DNA of 64,000 nucleotides from Cyanidioschyzon merolae (taxonomy: Eukaryota): NCBI GenBank assembly GCA_000091205.1, contig AP006485.2; one strand, given 5' to 3'. Below, in pieces: positions 13,213 through 24,165 of the stretch. A program made the position numbers and the translations under genes. Under the pieces are notes generated by a model. It was not told where the DNA came from. It worked only from the letters and a program-made list of their open reading frames with translations, and did no database searches. Each line of letters starts with the position of its first letter. Position 1 is the first letter of the stretch.

Positions 13213-13915
13213 GAGGCATTCCTTCGTACTATCGTTCATGTATATACTAAAGAATGTTTAAAATATCTATGAACATCCATGGGATACCTTCCGAGTGCCA
13301 TTCTGAATGGATATGAGGCATTCCTTCGTACTATCGTTCATGTATATACTAAAGAATGTTTAAAATATCTATGAACATCCATGGGATACCTTCCGAGTGC
13401 CATTCTGAATGGATATGAGGCATTCCTTCGTACTATCGTTCATGTATATACTAAAGAATGTTTAAAATATCTATGAACATCCATGGGATACCCTCCAAAT
13501 GCCATTCTGAATGGATATGAGGCATTCCTTCGTACTATCGTTCATGTATATACTGTAGAAAATGTTTAAAATATCTATGAACATCTATGGGATACCCTCC
13601 GAGTGCGATTCTGAATGGATATGAGGCATTCCTTCGTACTATCGTTCATGTATATACTAAAGAATGTTTAAAATATCTATGAACATCTATGGGATACCCT
13701 CCGAGTGCCATTCTGAATGGATATGAGGCATTCCTTCGTACTATCGTTCATGTATATACTAAAGAATGTTTAAAATATCTATGAACATCCATGGGATACC
13801 CTCCGAGTGCCATTCTGAATGGATATGAGGCATTCCTTCGTACTATCGTTCATGTGCATACTGTAGAAAATGTTTAAAATATCTATGAACATCTATGGGA
13901 TACCCTCCGAGTGCC
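13213..13915. repeat. AT-rich minisatellite, ~102-bp unit x ~7 tandem copies
   Basis: Unit 'gaggcattccttcgtactatcgttcatgtatatactaaagaatgtttaaaatatctatgaacatccatgggataccttccgagtgccattctgaatggatat' repeats with period 102 (first copies at 13213 and 13315). Copies differ by point changes and a 'ctgtagaaaatg' indel. No ORF overlaps it. Confidence 0.85.
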
Positions 13916-14068
13916 ATGCTGCCAACCTGCTGGTCAAGCGCAAGACGATCGCATCCACGCTCTAGTCGCAGTGCCGATCCGACGCTAGACAAGCAGCACG
14001 GTTTTTGTTGCTCGCAAGGAGCGAGCAGAAGCATTGATTCAGTTGGGGGATAGCTCTGGCGTCTGGAA

Positions 14069-15649
14069 TTGAACCAGGCTATACCTCACTGCCGACAAGG
14101 GCATGCAGATCTTCTCAGCAAGATTGCCGAAGGAATGGAACAGCGGCGGTCTGACCATAGGCGCTGGGGCCCACGGGAGCACTTGCGGCGCCTAGACTGG
14201 CAGTTTGCAGCGTTGCTGAACAGACACGCTCGCTGGGTCCATTTGCTCGAAGAAGCATTACACCTTGTCGCGGTGCTCGGTGCACCTGGAGGCAATGTGG
14301 AGCTGCGCGCAGAGGCAGTCTCCGTTCTCGCTGGAGCTCTGGAATGGTACCGTCGGAGACGTCGCACGCCTCTGAGAGAAGCAGCTGCGCTTCCTGCCAC
14401 GTTAAATTCCCTGCGCTGGGCCGAGACGCTCGTATCGATGCTCCGCGTGATCGAGCATACGGAGCTGCTCCTGGAAATGTTGAGCCAGAGCGACGTACCC
14501 GAAAGTCTGGACGGAACGGACCGCTGGCGACACGACGCAGACCCGAGCGGCGCCACAAACGACTCTGCTATGGACTGGATGCGCATCCGCCAAAACCATT
14601 GGTTTTATTCCTGGATTGGTACTCGAGTGCGAGCTGCAAACCTAGGAAACGCGCTTGAGTCGGCGCATGCGCGCACCCACTATTCCAGAGGCTTCCGACG
14701 CTCCTACAACATGGTACTGGTCCTTGAAACGCTCAAGGCGGTCCTGCGAACCGCCGTTCCCGAGCAGACGAACAACCTCTCCTCAACAAGAGGTGCATAT
14801 GACTGTGCGCAGAATGAACGTGCACAGATCAAGAAGATGCTGCTCGACTGGGAGCGACAGGGAGCACTGCAACTCCGGATTGTTCCTCGGCGCGGCGAGC
14901 GCAGTGGACGTTCATTTTTCACCTCAATACGTCCAACAACAACAACAACAACAACGGTTCTTGGTGACATAACGCCAACTGAACCCCCTCCATTGAGGCG
15001 GCCCAGTCAAGCAACCGTCGCTGATGAGCAGGCATGTGCGGAGCAAACCTGTTCCAAATACGCGAACATGGATCAGAGGCATCCGACTGCAGCCGCCTCA
15101 GTACCGATTGAGGACATCTTCATGTTTGTTGCTGATCGGCGCGGGCTCGTTATGGCTGAACGACTCTGGGCGGCGACTGAACGCTACCTACAGAGCATTC
15201 ACGAGCAAAATGCGCAGAGGAACCGGCGAAGCGCTGCAGGTGCTGCACCCTTCGTATGGGTTCCCGGTGACGATCTCCGTTCCAAGATCGCCACTTGGAT
15301 CCGCGTTTGGCGACCAGTTATCTATCTTGCCTTTGTGCCACGTGTCGCACCGTGGAGTAGTTGGCTCATTTCGTTCATGCTGGATGTGATATCGAGGCGC
15401 TGGTTGTTGCAGGGTGGCGGTGACGGCTCGCCTGCTGGCGACATTTCACACCGAGAAGGGGTCCGGATACCACCACCTTCGCCGCTGCTCTTGTACCTGT
15501 TACGAGAACCCGTATACTCCAACGTTATCGTTCGCTGTGTGCTTTTGCCGTGGATGCGTCGCGGCCGAATGCATCGATTTGTGGGATCATTGGCACTGGG
15601 CCTCACTCAGGCCGCTACAAAGTATTACTTCCTCACCGCTGCATCGTAG
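14069..15649 (+). CDS. Hypothetical protein (526 aa); possible membrane-associated protein, no confident family assignment
   Basis: Long ORF in a GC-rich coding-like region, with a (AAC)n tract encoding TTTTTTT. No recognisable catalytic motif. A weak, rejected resemblance to peroxin-16 was seen ('WFYSWIG'). Confidence 0.35.
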   Translation: MNQAIPHCRQGHADLLSKIAEGMEQRRSDHRRWGPREHLRRLDWQFAALLNRHARWVHLLEEALHLVAVLGAPGGNVELRAEAVSVLAGALEWYRRRRRTPLREAAALPATLNSLRWAETLVSMLRVIEHTELLLEMLSQSDVPESLDGTDRWRHDADPSGATNDSAMDWMRIRQNHWFYSWIGTRVRAANLGNALESAHARTHYSRGFRRSYNMVLVLETLKAVLRTAVPEQTNNLSSTRGAYDCAQNERAQIKKMLLDWERQGALQLRIVPRRGERSGRSFFTSIRPTTTTTTTVLGDITPTEPPPLRRPSQATVADEQACAEQTCSKYANMDQRHPTAAASVPIEDIFMFVADRRGLVMAERLWAATERYLQSIHEQNAQRNRRSAAGAAPFVWVPGDDLRSKIATWIRVWRPVIYLAFVPRVAPWSSWLISFMLDVISRRWLLQGGGDGSPAGDISHREGVRIPPPSPLLLYLLREPVYSNVIVRCVLLPWMRRGRMHRFVGSLALGLTQAATKYYFLTAAS

Positions 15650-16082
15650 GAGATTCTGAAGACATCGCTATCCGTATGCGGCTTGTAATCGCCGTCTCAC
15701 TCGGCATGCTTTCGGGCAGGCACCATCATTGTTTGAGCGAGGTGCACAGCTTCAGCGATTGGTTGTGACCAGTACGGGCACAGCTTCCTGAAGCATTCCC
15801 TTCAACTTATGCCATGTGTTTTCTGGTGCCGCGGTACCGAAGCAAGTATGCGTCCGCAGTGGCATTTTACGCATCCATCGAAAGCAGGATCCGGGCTCGT
15901 ACGAAAGCGCTACACCGCCCTGTCGTCCTGCAGTGAGGGGACCGCCCGTGTTCGCTTGTGAACATGCTCTTTCGGTAACAGCATACGTTTCTGAAAGGAG
16001 CGATGGACACACTATCGCGTGGACGCTCTCTCCTGTCCACCACAGACACGATTGAAGCAGCGCGGATGCATCTGCGCCAGCG

Positions 16083-16721
16083 TTAGCCCCACTGCGATCG
16101 CAGCTTCCACGCAGCCAACTGTGCATCGTTCAAAACGCCTTCATATGACTTAAGCTCTGCATCCCAGCTAAGGTGGCGATCAAGGCGACAACCAAGCGAG
16201 TCCGGATGCGTGCTCCCGCAGCACGACCAGCGATACTGGAGGACCCACCGACTCGCTGAGCCCGTATCTCTTCCGTACTCGGGCCAGGTGAGTGAGGCTT
16301 CGGCTTCTTCGCGAGGCACCATGAACAATCGATAGTAGCCGCGGTCGCCAAGCGGGTGTCCGTGGAAACGACAAGCTCGCTTGTGGTTGAGACGCTCTTC
16401 GAACAGCTCGCCACAACGTCGACAACGCCCAAGGCGCAACACAATTGGCTCTGTATCCACGTCTTTCGGAGCATTTTCCTCGGGTCCCGGTGATGAAGGC
16501 GTTTTCCTGGAGTTGTCCCCCGCACAGCTTGAGTGCCAGCCACGACGCGAGGTTCGCACGTGTCCGAGGCTGCGGACTCCCCGAGCACCCCGCCGACCAG
16601 CTTGCCTGGGTCGACCAGGTAACGAGCGAGACCACTCGTCACCACGGCGCAGGTCGTTGCGCAGCCTGAGCGCTCCTGTCCAGGATCTGGGAACACAAAG
16701 ATTAACCTGTATGGTAAACAT
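16083..16721 (-). CDS. Hypothetical Cys/His-rich (possible zinc-binding) protein
   Basis: 212-aa ORF with 'CRRCGELFEERLNHKRACRFHGHP' and 'WSCCGSTHPDSLGC'. A 228-aa ORF overlaps it in another frame. This frame was preferred for its Cys/His spacing, but the choice is uncertain. Confidence 0.25.
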   Translation of the reverse strand: MFTIQVNLCVPRSWTGALRLRNDLRRGDEWSRSLPGRPRQAGRRGARGVRSLGHVRTSRRGWHSSCAGDNSRKTPSSPGPEENAPKDVDTEPIVLRLGRCRRCGELFEERLNHKRACRFHGHPLGDRGYYRLFMVPREEAEASLTWPEYGRDTGSASRWVLQYRWSCCGSTHPDSLGCRLDRHLSWDAELKSYEGVLNDAQLAAWKLRSQWG

Positions 16722-18904
16722 AGTGAATTCGTCGTTTCCCGGGCACGATACGCTCGAGGAGAAGTACGCGCTTCGAAACGGTATCGCGTCATCGGGATTC
16801 CTGCTGGGCTACGCACGTGTCCTTGTATGCAAAGATTGTCTCATGTTCCCATAGACGCCCTCAGCGCTACCGCTTCTTCTATCCTCATATGCACCCGCGC
16901 TAGACTTGAAAAGACCAGGTACACGAACACGGGTGCATGCACGAGAGGTTTGGATGCCTTCCTCATGTCATGGACACCATTTTTAGGGGTTTTCCCTGCA
17001 GCTGCTTCGTTTGCCAGTCCACTCACGCCGTCCTTCAAAGAGGCCGGTCTGTCGTATCCCTGTAGCTCCGGTGCCAATAGTCGAAGGGTGATGCTGAAGC
17101 TCACGATGATCACGGCAGCGTCCAGGTTCCATAGCCGCTGATTCCGGCGGTTGTCAACGCATTCCATGCCCAGACGAAATGAGCGATCAAGATATCGCTT
17201 GACGCATTCGTCCTCTTTGTGACCGGCCTCGGTGCGCTTTGCGCAGCGGCGACGCCATGTGCTGCTCCGCTCTACTCACAGCTGTACCATAAAACCTTAT
17301 ATTCGGAGAACTGCTGTGTTGCACTTGAACATTTGCTTCATCGCTTGGTACACGCTCTTGTCGGGGACGAGAGAATCACCTTGTTGTCGGCCTCGGTTTC
17401 CGCGTTCGGTACCTACCCTACGATCACGTTCGCCTTCTGGGCGATTCCGTCGACGATGACGCTGGCGTATTCGATAGAGAGTTCTTGGAGCACGATATTG
17501 TCCGAGATGAAACAGGTACAACAGCGGGGATATCCAGACTGGAGGACATGTCGAGAGGTCTCCTCCCGTGTACGCTTACCTCATGCGAAGCGTTTCCATA
17601 CGCTCCACTGGAAGCGACCCCTCTGATGACTGCATTCTGTGTCGAGTAGTCTTCTCCGTGCAAATAGAACAGACGGGAGCCTCTGTTGGCACATCCCATG
17701 ATAAGTACCACGATGCTACGGAAAGCTGATTCGTCGACAGTAGCGCTAGAAGAAAAGCGAACCGTTTGTCGTTCGAAACGAATCTCATACGGATCGCGAG
17801 ATGTTCAGTGTGCTATCGGCATAAGCTGTGAACAAGTCGTCAACCTCGACATCAAGGTACTTTCCTCGTCGATCCAGCGGCATGCCTTGCTGCACATACG
17901 AGTTCCGTGGCAACAGAGCAAGCGTCCTGTTGTCTTCTGCGTTGTTCATGCGAGCTCCAATGATGGAAAGAAGAAGTTTGGAGTCCTCTACCAATAAACT
18001 TGATTATGATATAGGCTACGATACGAACGCTTGTTCGACGGCTTCGCGAACCATCTTGATCCAGTTGAGTTGACGAATTTCAGCAGCAAAGCATCGAAGG
18101 CAACATTCCTATACGACGACCGCGAATCCTGACACGACTTGTGAATCCGTAGGAACTGATGGTGCACGGTGAATGCCCAGGCTGTATACCCGAAAAGAAT
18201 ACGGAAAGAATCATAGCGCTAGAACAGTGCAAGCAGTTAAAAATGTTCTATTCGTGTCGGCAACGGACGAGGTGCACCAGAGCCCCTGTCCAGTTTCGTC
18301 GCATCGCGGCACATAAACGTGCCTACAGTATAAACAGCACTTGTGCACAAACGGATCGATGGATGGATTTTACGTAGTAGATGAGCGCATACCCGGGCGC
18401 CTGGCGGATCGTTCAGAGTCTTGCGTCCACAACGTTTCGGACGTACCGTCCCCGACGTTGCGTTCACAGAGACTACAAGCAACACCATCGGAAACCCGAC
18501 ACCGTCGAAAGCGCACCTATTGCGTTTCCGGACCTGGTGCCTTTGAGGCGCTACAGAGTTGTGAAAGTTTCCGCACATATCGCAGCGACGCCAAAGTGGG
18601 GTATTCGCTCTGCAAAGCAGGTACTTTGACGGACAGCAAGCGATCGAATGCTTGCCTGCGACACATCAAGATGCTGTAGCCCGAATATCCTCCACACTTC
18701 TGTTACGCACTGTCCAGAGCGTACCTCGGTACCGTGCTCGGCAATAAAAATTCATACAAGCTGCAGGTAAGTCGGCACATGAATGCTACAAATGGAAACC
18801 TTTACACGCGATGATAAACGATACGCATATCCCATGCAGGATGCACGTTCTCATGCAAGTCAACGTCGATATCAGGAGCCAGCGTGGACGCACTCGGTGC
18901 GACC

Positions 18905-20578
18905 CTACGCTACCTCAGAGACCCGTGTGCTGTACAATGCTGCGTGCTGAAATCCGCTTACAATATGGAAGGTCGAATTCGCAAACTCGGCTCCATCCGC
19001 AGGGCTTGCACGAAAGACATGTACAGGTTCCCAGAAATCGATCGTTCCCGCTCCAGCATCCGGTACCATACGATCGCCTAGTCCGAGTGCTCCACAGAGG
19101 CCGCTGCCCCAACTGTAGAGATCCACGTGACTGTTCTGTATGCCTACGCGAATCGCGTAACTCGTCCGGTAGCCAGCAGCAATGTCGATGATGCTCGCGT
19201 CAGACTGGGCATCCATGAAAGCTTCTATAGGCTGCGGTGACTGCACTGCATGGGAGGCTTGAGTCCCGTAACCCAGACCCAAGCAACCGTTTTCGTTACT
19301 GCCCCAGCTGTAGACCATCCGACGACGGAGCCCGTCTGGCGCCAACTCGACGAGCACCAGCACGTGGTTGAATCCGAACGCAACCTTTTGGACTCGCCCT
19401 CGAATCGACGGCAGCGGAGTCGGTTCCCAGAAGATCCTGTCGGAGAACTTGCCCCAGACAACGAGCTCACCGCTCTTCTTCAGGATTGCACCGGCTGCGT
19501 TGAAGCCAGCAAAGAGCTTTGCCACCGGTTCGCCGTGCAGTGCACGCAGCCGTCGAAAAGTCCCCACGAAGCGCTGTCCGCCTGGACCAGAGAGCGTCTG
19601 GTCCACAGTCGCAGGATGTCCTAAACCCAGTTGTCCGTACTCGATGGAGCCGCTGCCGTAGACACTGCCATCAGCAGCGCGTATGAGTGTGAACTGATCC
19701 CCACAGACTGCCTGCACGGCATGAACGTTTGATCGGGCCAATGCTTCGACAAGCAGCGGGCGTTCGATCGTTTTCGGAACGGATGCAATGCCCCGAGCGC
19801 TCCGTCCAGTAGACACATGCCCCAGTTGCCCGTGGGTGCCACGTCCACACGTATACACGTGTCCATCCGAGGACACCCAAACCGAATGGGCAGCACCAGC
19901 CGCTACATCCGAAAGGTGCGGCTGCTGCTGAGGTGCCCAGCGAACAGCGAGCGGTGTCCAACGCGACCAGCGCATCCAGCGCCATGGCCAACGACTGAAG
20001 CCAACTTGCTGCTGCTGGTGCTGCTGCTGGTGCAACCATGCAGTGAGCAGCGACTGGAGTGGTGCACGCGGCACCAGCGCTTCCGAAGGCAGTCCGAGCT
20101 GACCCTCGGACCCGAGACCGAAGCTATACGCGTCCCCGTTCTCCAGCAGCACGATGGAGTGCGCAGCTCCAAGCGCAACCCGTTTGATGGAACTCGGCAA
20201 ATTGTCGAGGGCCTCGGGCCTCGTACAGCGTCGCCCAGCACCAAAGTCGCGATCCAGCTCCGTTCGTGAGAGCGGTACCCCGAGACGGCCGTCGTCTGCG
20301 TTACCCCAAAACCAAACAACGCCTTTCGGTTTGCTGTGCGACTCCTCAGTGGCACCGAGGTCTTGCGCCTTTACCGAGAAGCGCCGAGCGCCGAGCTTGG
20401 GAGCGATGAACCCTAGCGCAGTACTGAGTGCCCGCTGCAGGTCACTCGGGCAGCGCTCTATTACCTGGAATCCTGCGAAGGGATGCAGGCCGGTAAAACC
20501 ACGCCCAAGCTTGAACGCGTATCGCAACTGCATTCGGTCTCCAGTCGACGATAGCAGTGCAGTAGTAGAACCAGTCAC
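18905..20578 (-). CDS. RCC1-repeat (regulator of chromosome condensation-like beta-propeller) protein
   Basis: Repeated 'YxWGxNxxGQLGLG' blades: 'YSWGSNENGCLGLG', 'YTCGRGTHGQLGH', 'YGSGSIEYGQLGLGH', 'YSFGLGSEGQLGLP', 'VWFWGNADDGRLG'. Carries a poly-Q insertion (QQQHQQQQ). Confidence 0.7.
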   Translation of the reverse strand: MTGSTTALLSSTGDRMQLRYAFKLGRGFTGLHPFAGFQVIERCPSDLQRALSTALGFIAPKLGARRFSVKAQDLGATEESHSKPKGVVWFWGNADDGRLGVPLSRTELDRDFGAGRRCTRPEALDNLPSSIKRVALGAAHSIVLLENGDAYSFGLGSEGQLGLPSEALVPRAPLQSLLTAWLHQQQHQQQQVGFSRWPWRWMRWSRWTPLAVRWAPQQQPHLSDVAAGAAHSVWVSSDGHVYTCGRGTHGQLGHVSTGRSARGIASVPKTIERPLLVEALARSNVHAVQAVCGDQFTLIRAADGSVYGSGSIEYGQLGLGHPATVDQTLSGPGGQRFVGTFRRLRALHGEPVAKLFAGFNAAGAILKKSGELVVWGKFSDRIFWEPTPLPSIRGRVQKVAFGFNHVLVLVELAPDGLRRRMVYSWGSNENGCLGLGYGTQASHAVQSPQPIEAFMDAQSDASIIDIAAGYRTSYAIRVGIQNSHVDLYSWGSGLCGALGLGDRMVPDAGAGTIDFWEPVHVFRASPADGAEFANSTFHIVSGFQHAALYSTRVSEVA

Positions 20579-21050
20579 GAAGCCAAAGTGCTTTGCATAT
20601 GTTCAGTGCATCTCCTGGAAGCTCCGTGTTTTGTACGATACCAGTATACACACAAACACGAACACGAACAAACAAAGCCCTGCTAACGTTCACGTTTCCA
20701 CCCCGAATACCCCTGAATGCCTCGAGGCGATAACGATCCGCCTGTACCGCTGGGCAGTTGCCGGCGTCTATCAAGTAGTCGTACGGGAAAACAGGGGAGT
20801 AGGAAGCGTGTCTTCGACTGCACCTGTTTCACTGGGGTTAAGATCGAGCACTCGTGTCCAGGACTGCTCTTGCGTTGCTGCTTTCTTGATCGGTCGCAAG
20901 ATACCAGTCTCTTCGGTGCGGGCTTGGACGGCTTCTACAGAGGCTGCGGAGCAGCCGACAGGGATCAGCGCGCTCACGCGGTTTCGAGTCCGAGCACTGG
21001 GACACTTGAGGCGGCTTAGGACTTGAGCACTCGCGTGCTCACTGCACGAG

Positions 21051-22049
21051 GTGCCGCATGCAGCGATGCTGGAGTTCGTGAACCGCGACAGCGGGCGAGG
21101 CATCAACTTGTTGGTCGACACCCTGGCTGGCGGTCTCGCCGGAGCACTCGCTGACCTACTGATGCACCCCGTGGACACCATAAAAGCTCGCCTCCAAGTC
21201 CAGCAGTCTAGTCGAGTCAAGCGATCCGGGGAGTCGCGCTGGTCGAGTCGCGATGAGCTGGCTCACGGGCGACCCTATCGCGGTATGTTGGACTGTGCGG
21301 TTCGCATCGTTAGGGAGCAGGGCGTGCGCGGCGGCCTGTATGCAGGACTTTCAGCTGTACTACTCGGAAGCGTACCATCCCATGCGATTACCTTCGCTTC
21401 GTACAAATACCTTAAATCCTGGACACCTGGCGGCGGCTACGGAGCAGACGGCATCCCCAACTGGTGGAGCGACGTGGTATCCGCGTCTGCAGCCGACTTG
21501 TTAGCCCTGTCAACGTACGTTCCTGCAGAGGTTGTGGCGAAACGTCTGCAAGTTGCTGGTATGGGGCCTGCTCGGGACTACAGCTCGCCATTTCACGCTC
21601 TGCGAGTGATCGCTCGAACCGAAGGCATTCGCAAGGGTCTGTATGCTGGGGCAACTGCCACCATGTTTCGTGATGTGCCGTTTACGGCGCTCCAGTTTGC
21701 CATTTTCGAGCAGATGAAGTCGCTGTTGGGAGATTTTGCCCAGACTTCGGGCGGCATGTTGTTGTGCGGTTTGACGGCCGGCGCTGGTGCCGGGGCGGCA
21801 ACAACCCCTCTGGATGTCGTCAAGACTCGCTTACAAACGCAACACATTGGTGCGGATCGCGCTTACCGAGGCGTGCTCCATTGTCTTCGCACGATTCTCG
21901 CTGAGGAAGGGCCTGCAGCGCTCTTCAAAGGCGTATTCCCGCGAATTGTTTGGGTAGCGCCTGCGTCTGCAGTTACGCTAGCAGCCTATGAGCAGTTGAT
22001 TCGCTGGATCCAACCGAACCGTCAGACGCTCACGCCCGCGTCTGAATAG
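21051..22049 (+). CDS. Mitochondrial carrier family (SLC25) protein, S-adenosylmethionine-carrier-like
   Basis: Three Mito_carr repeats with signature 'PVDTIKARLQ', 'PAEVVAKRLQ', 'PLDVVKTRLQ'. About 330 aa with six predicted TM helices. Divergently arranged with the RCC1 gene (~470-bp shared upstream region). Confidence 0.8.
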   Translation: MPHAAMLEFVNRDSGRGINLLVDTLAGGLAGALADLLMHPVDTIKARLQVQQSSRVKRSGESRWSSRDELAHGRPYRGMLDCAVRIVREQGVRGGLYAGLSAVLLGSVPSHAITFASYKYLKSWTPGGGYGADGIPNWWSDVVSASAADLLALSTYVPAEVVAKRLQVAGMGPARDYSSPFHALRVIARTEGIRKGLYAGATATMFRDVPFTALQFAIFEQMKSLLGDFAQTSGGMLLCGLTAGAGAGAATTPLDVVKTRLQTQHIGADRAYRGVLHCLRTILAEEGPAALFKGVFPRIVWVAPASAVTLAAYEQLIRWIQPNRQTLTPASE

Positions 22050-23671
22050 TGCAGCGTTGGTAAGATGATTGGCGTTATTTGGAGCTCCACTGTTCCTGTG
22101 CCCAAGGCACACCGGCATGCGGTGCAAGGCCGTAGACCTGGGTACTCTGTACGATTCTGGGCACGCCAGTAGAAGCTGATCTATCAGCGATGTGACCCTT
22201 TGGAAGCCGACAGTTTCTCTGACAGATCCGTTCGCAACGAAGATACGGAATGCATTTTGCATCAGAGCGGCCGTCGTTATTCGCTCTGCGCATCTACGCT
22301 GCCTGGATCGCTAACTTTTTTGTGCCCCAGAGCATATATGAACACAGACATTCCAAGTCCTTCGGGATGCTTGATGCTCCCGATGCAGTTCGTGTCGCGT
22401 ACGCAGCAGAGGAGGTGTGTGGGGCGCTAGTGGCGTCCTGCGAGCGTCGCCAGGCACAACTTTAGCCTCTGTTCTTGAGATACAGACACCTGTCACGCAA
22501 TATTCCTGCCATGCTAGCACCAGTAAATGAGCTCGTAGACAAGTGCAGCGCCGAGACGCCACTCATGCTCTCTGCTGGCTCGCTCCAGCTTCCCGTATCC
22601 AGCACCACTTCGGATCTCGATTCATCGGGTCTGGATAGGATGCCAACGCATGAGTTCTGGCACAGTCGTGCTTTCGCCTCCCATTGAGACGAGATGTACG
22701 GCGACCAGACACGATTCATGCGATGAACGACGTGCATTCGTTCGGCAGCCGCCGGGCAGCGTAGCCGAGGCCCACGCCAAAAGCAAAATCAGTCGCTGGT
22801 GTGGTATCTTTTAGGCTGATGGCGACACCTTACGTCCCGTGGACACGGCCTTGGGCATCGACACGTTCCAGGAACCTGTCGTGGACGCACATGTGGTGTC
22901 TAGTGCCCGGAAACGCCTCACCAGAGCGTCAGGGCATCGTCCAATGTCTTCCGCTCGGAATCCCTCGACATCGTGGATGCAGCGTATTGCCGCAGGGCGC
23001 TTGTCCGCGACACATGGAACCTCGATGTGCTTCGATTCCGATTATCATGGAATTTTGCGGTCTCCGAGTTGAACCGAATGCAAGCTTTCTCAGCAATCAG
23101 AGCAATGAACGTCATGGATGCTTGTTGAAACATGCGTTCAGCTTGCCCTGGACCCGCATGTTGCGCAACGTGCCTCTCATGGACACGCTGGTCGACTCAT
23201 TTGGTGGTATCGTTCCGCTGCATCCAACAAGGCATCCTCGAGACGCCCGTCGACGTGAGCACACAGCACTCCTGGGACGCACTGTTTGCACCTTCGACCC
23301 TGCTGCAGGGCATGCGGTGCACTCATGTCGGCTGGTCCGATAGCGTGCATGTATCCACGCTCATGCGACCACGAAGAGCGCTGACTTCCACCTCACTTCG
23401 ATGCAAGGGATACCTGCACTACTCCCGAACGCGTATCAGCGATGCTCTTCGGGTCATCGATACCATAAGAGGAAACGTGAACGACGGCAATGGCGCTGTT
23501 GCTTCTCTCAGTGGTGCTCGTATACGCCATGGATCAACCAAGCCTCCAATGCATTGTAGACGGGTACACTGCAGATGCTAGACAGCGCCAGCATCGTCTG
23601 GATCGGATTTCGATTGCGCTTACCTCCCGTAAACGTACTTGGAATCTCGCGAACGCAATCTTCTTACACAA

Positions 23672-23940
23672 ATGATCACGACTGCTTGTATACAAGGATA
23701 GCTTTCATTCTTGAAAAGAAAAGCCTAGCGGTACGCAGTCAGTGAGCGCAATACGCATATCATGAAGACTGCTTGTAGAAAAGGTCATGTTCCATTATGG
23801 AAAAGAAAAGCATAGCGTTACACGGCCAGCGAGCGCAATACACATATCATCACGACTGCTTGTATACAAGGTCTGCTTCCATTCTTGAAAAGAAAAGCAT
23901 AGCGTTATATGGCCAGCGAGCGCAATACACTTTTGAACGG
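23672..23940. repeat. Tandem repeat, ~87-bp unit x 3
   Basis: 'atcacgactgcttgtatacaagg...cattcttgaaaagaaaagc(a/c)tagcg...cagcgagcgcaatacacatatc' recurs three times in an intergenic region upstream of the glycosyltransferase-like gene. Confidence 0.7.
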
Positions 23941-24165
23941 CACGTTGCGCCCTCGCCGAAAGACTGTTGGCGCCGCCAACGCTTCTGACGGATGCGTTTT
24001 TTCTCCTCCAATCGCTCTCTAAGGGACATTTGCTGTTGTTCGCCATACCTTTCAATCAAGTTGCCCGCTGCTTCCTGTTTACTTCTACTAGTGAGGTACT
24101 GGCGTCGCTTGTACCTTGGGGAAGGTATATCCGCGTGTAATCTCACTAGATTCGCGTTCTAGGAC

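Noticed and set aside
14069-15649. Assignment of the 526-aa ORF to peroxin-16 because of 'WFYSWIG'
   Set aside because: Only a single short similarity, at a non-equivalent position. Left as hypothetical.
16130-16816. 228-aa ORF overlapping the chosen hypothetical CDS 16083..16721 in another frame
   Set aside because: Ala/Arg/Thr-rich with no motif. The overlapping frame has structured Cys/His spacing. Neither is strongly supported.
20960-21000. tRNA-like T-arm motif 'ggtttcgagtccgag'
   Set aside because: No acceptor or anticodon stems could be built around it by eye, so it was not called a tRNA.
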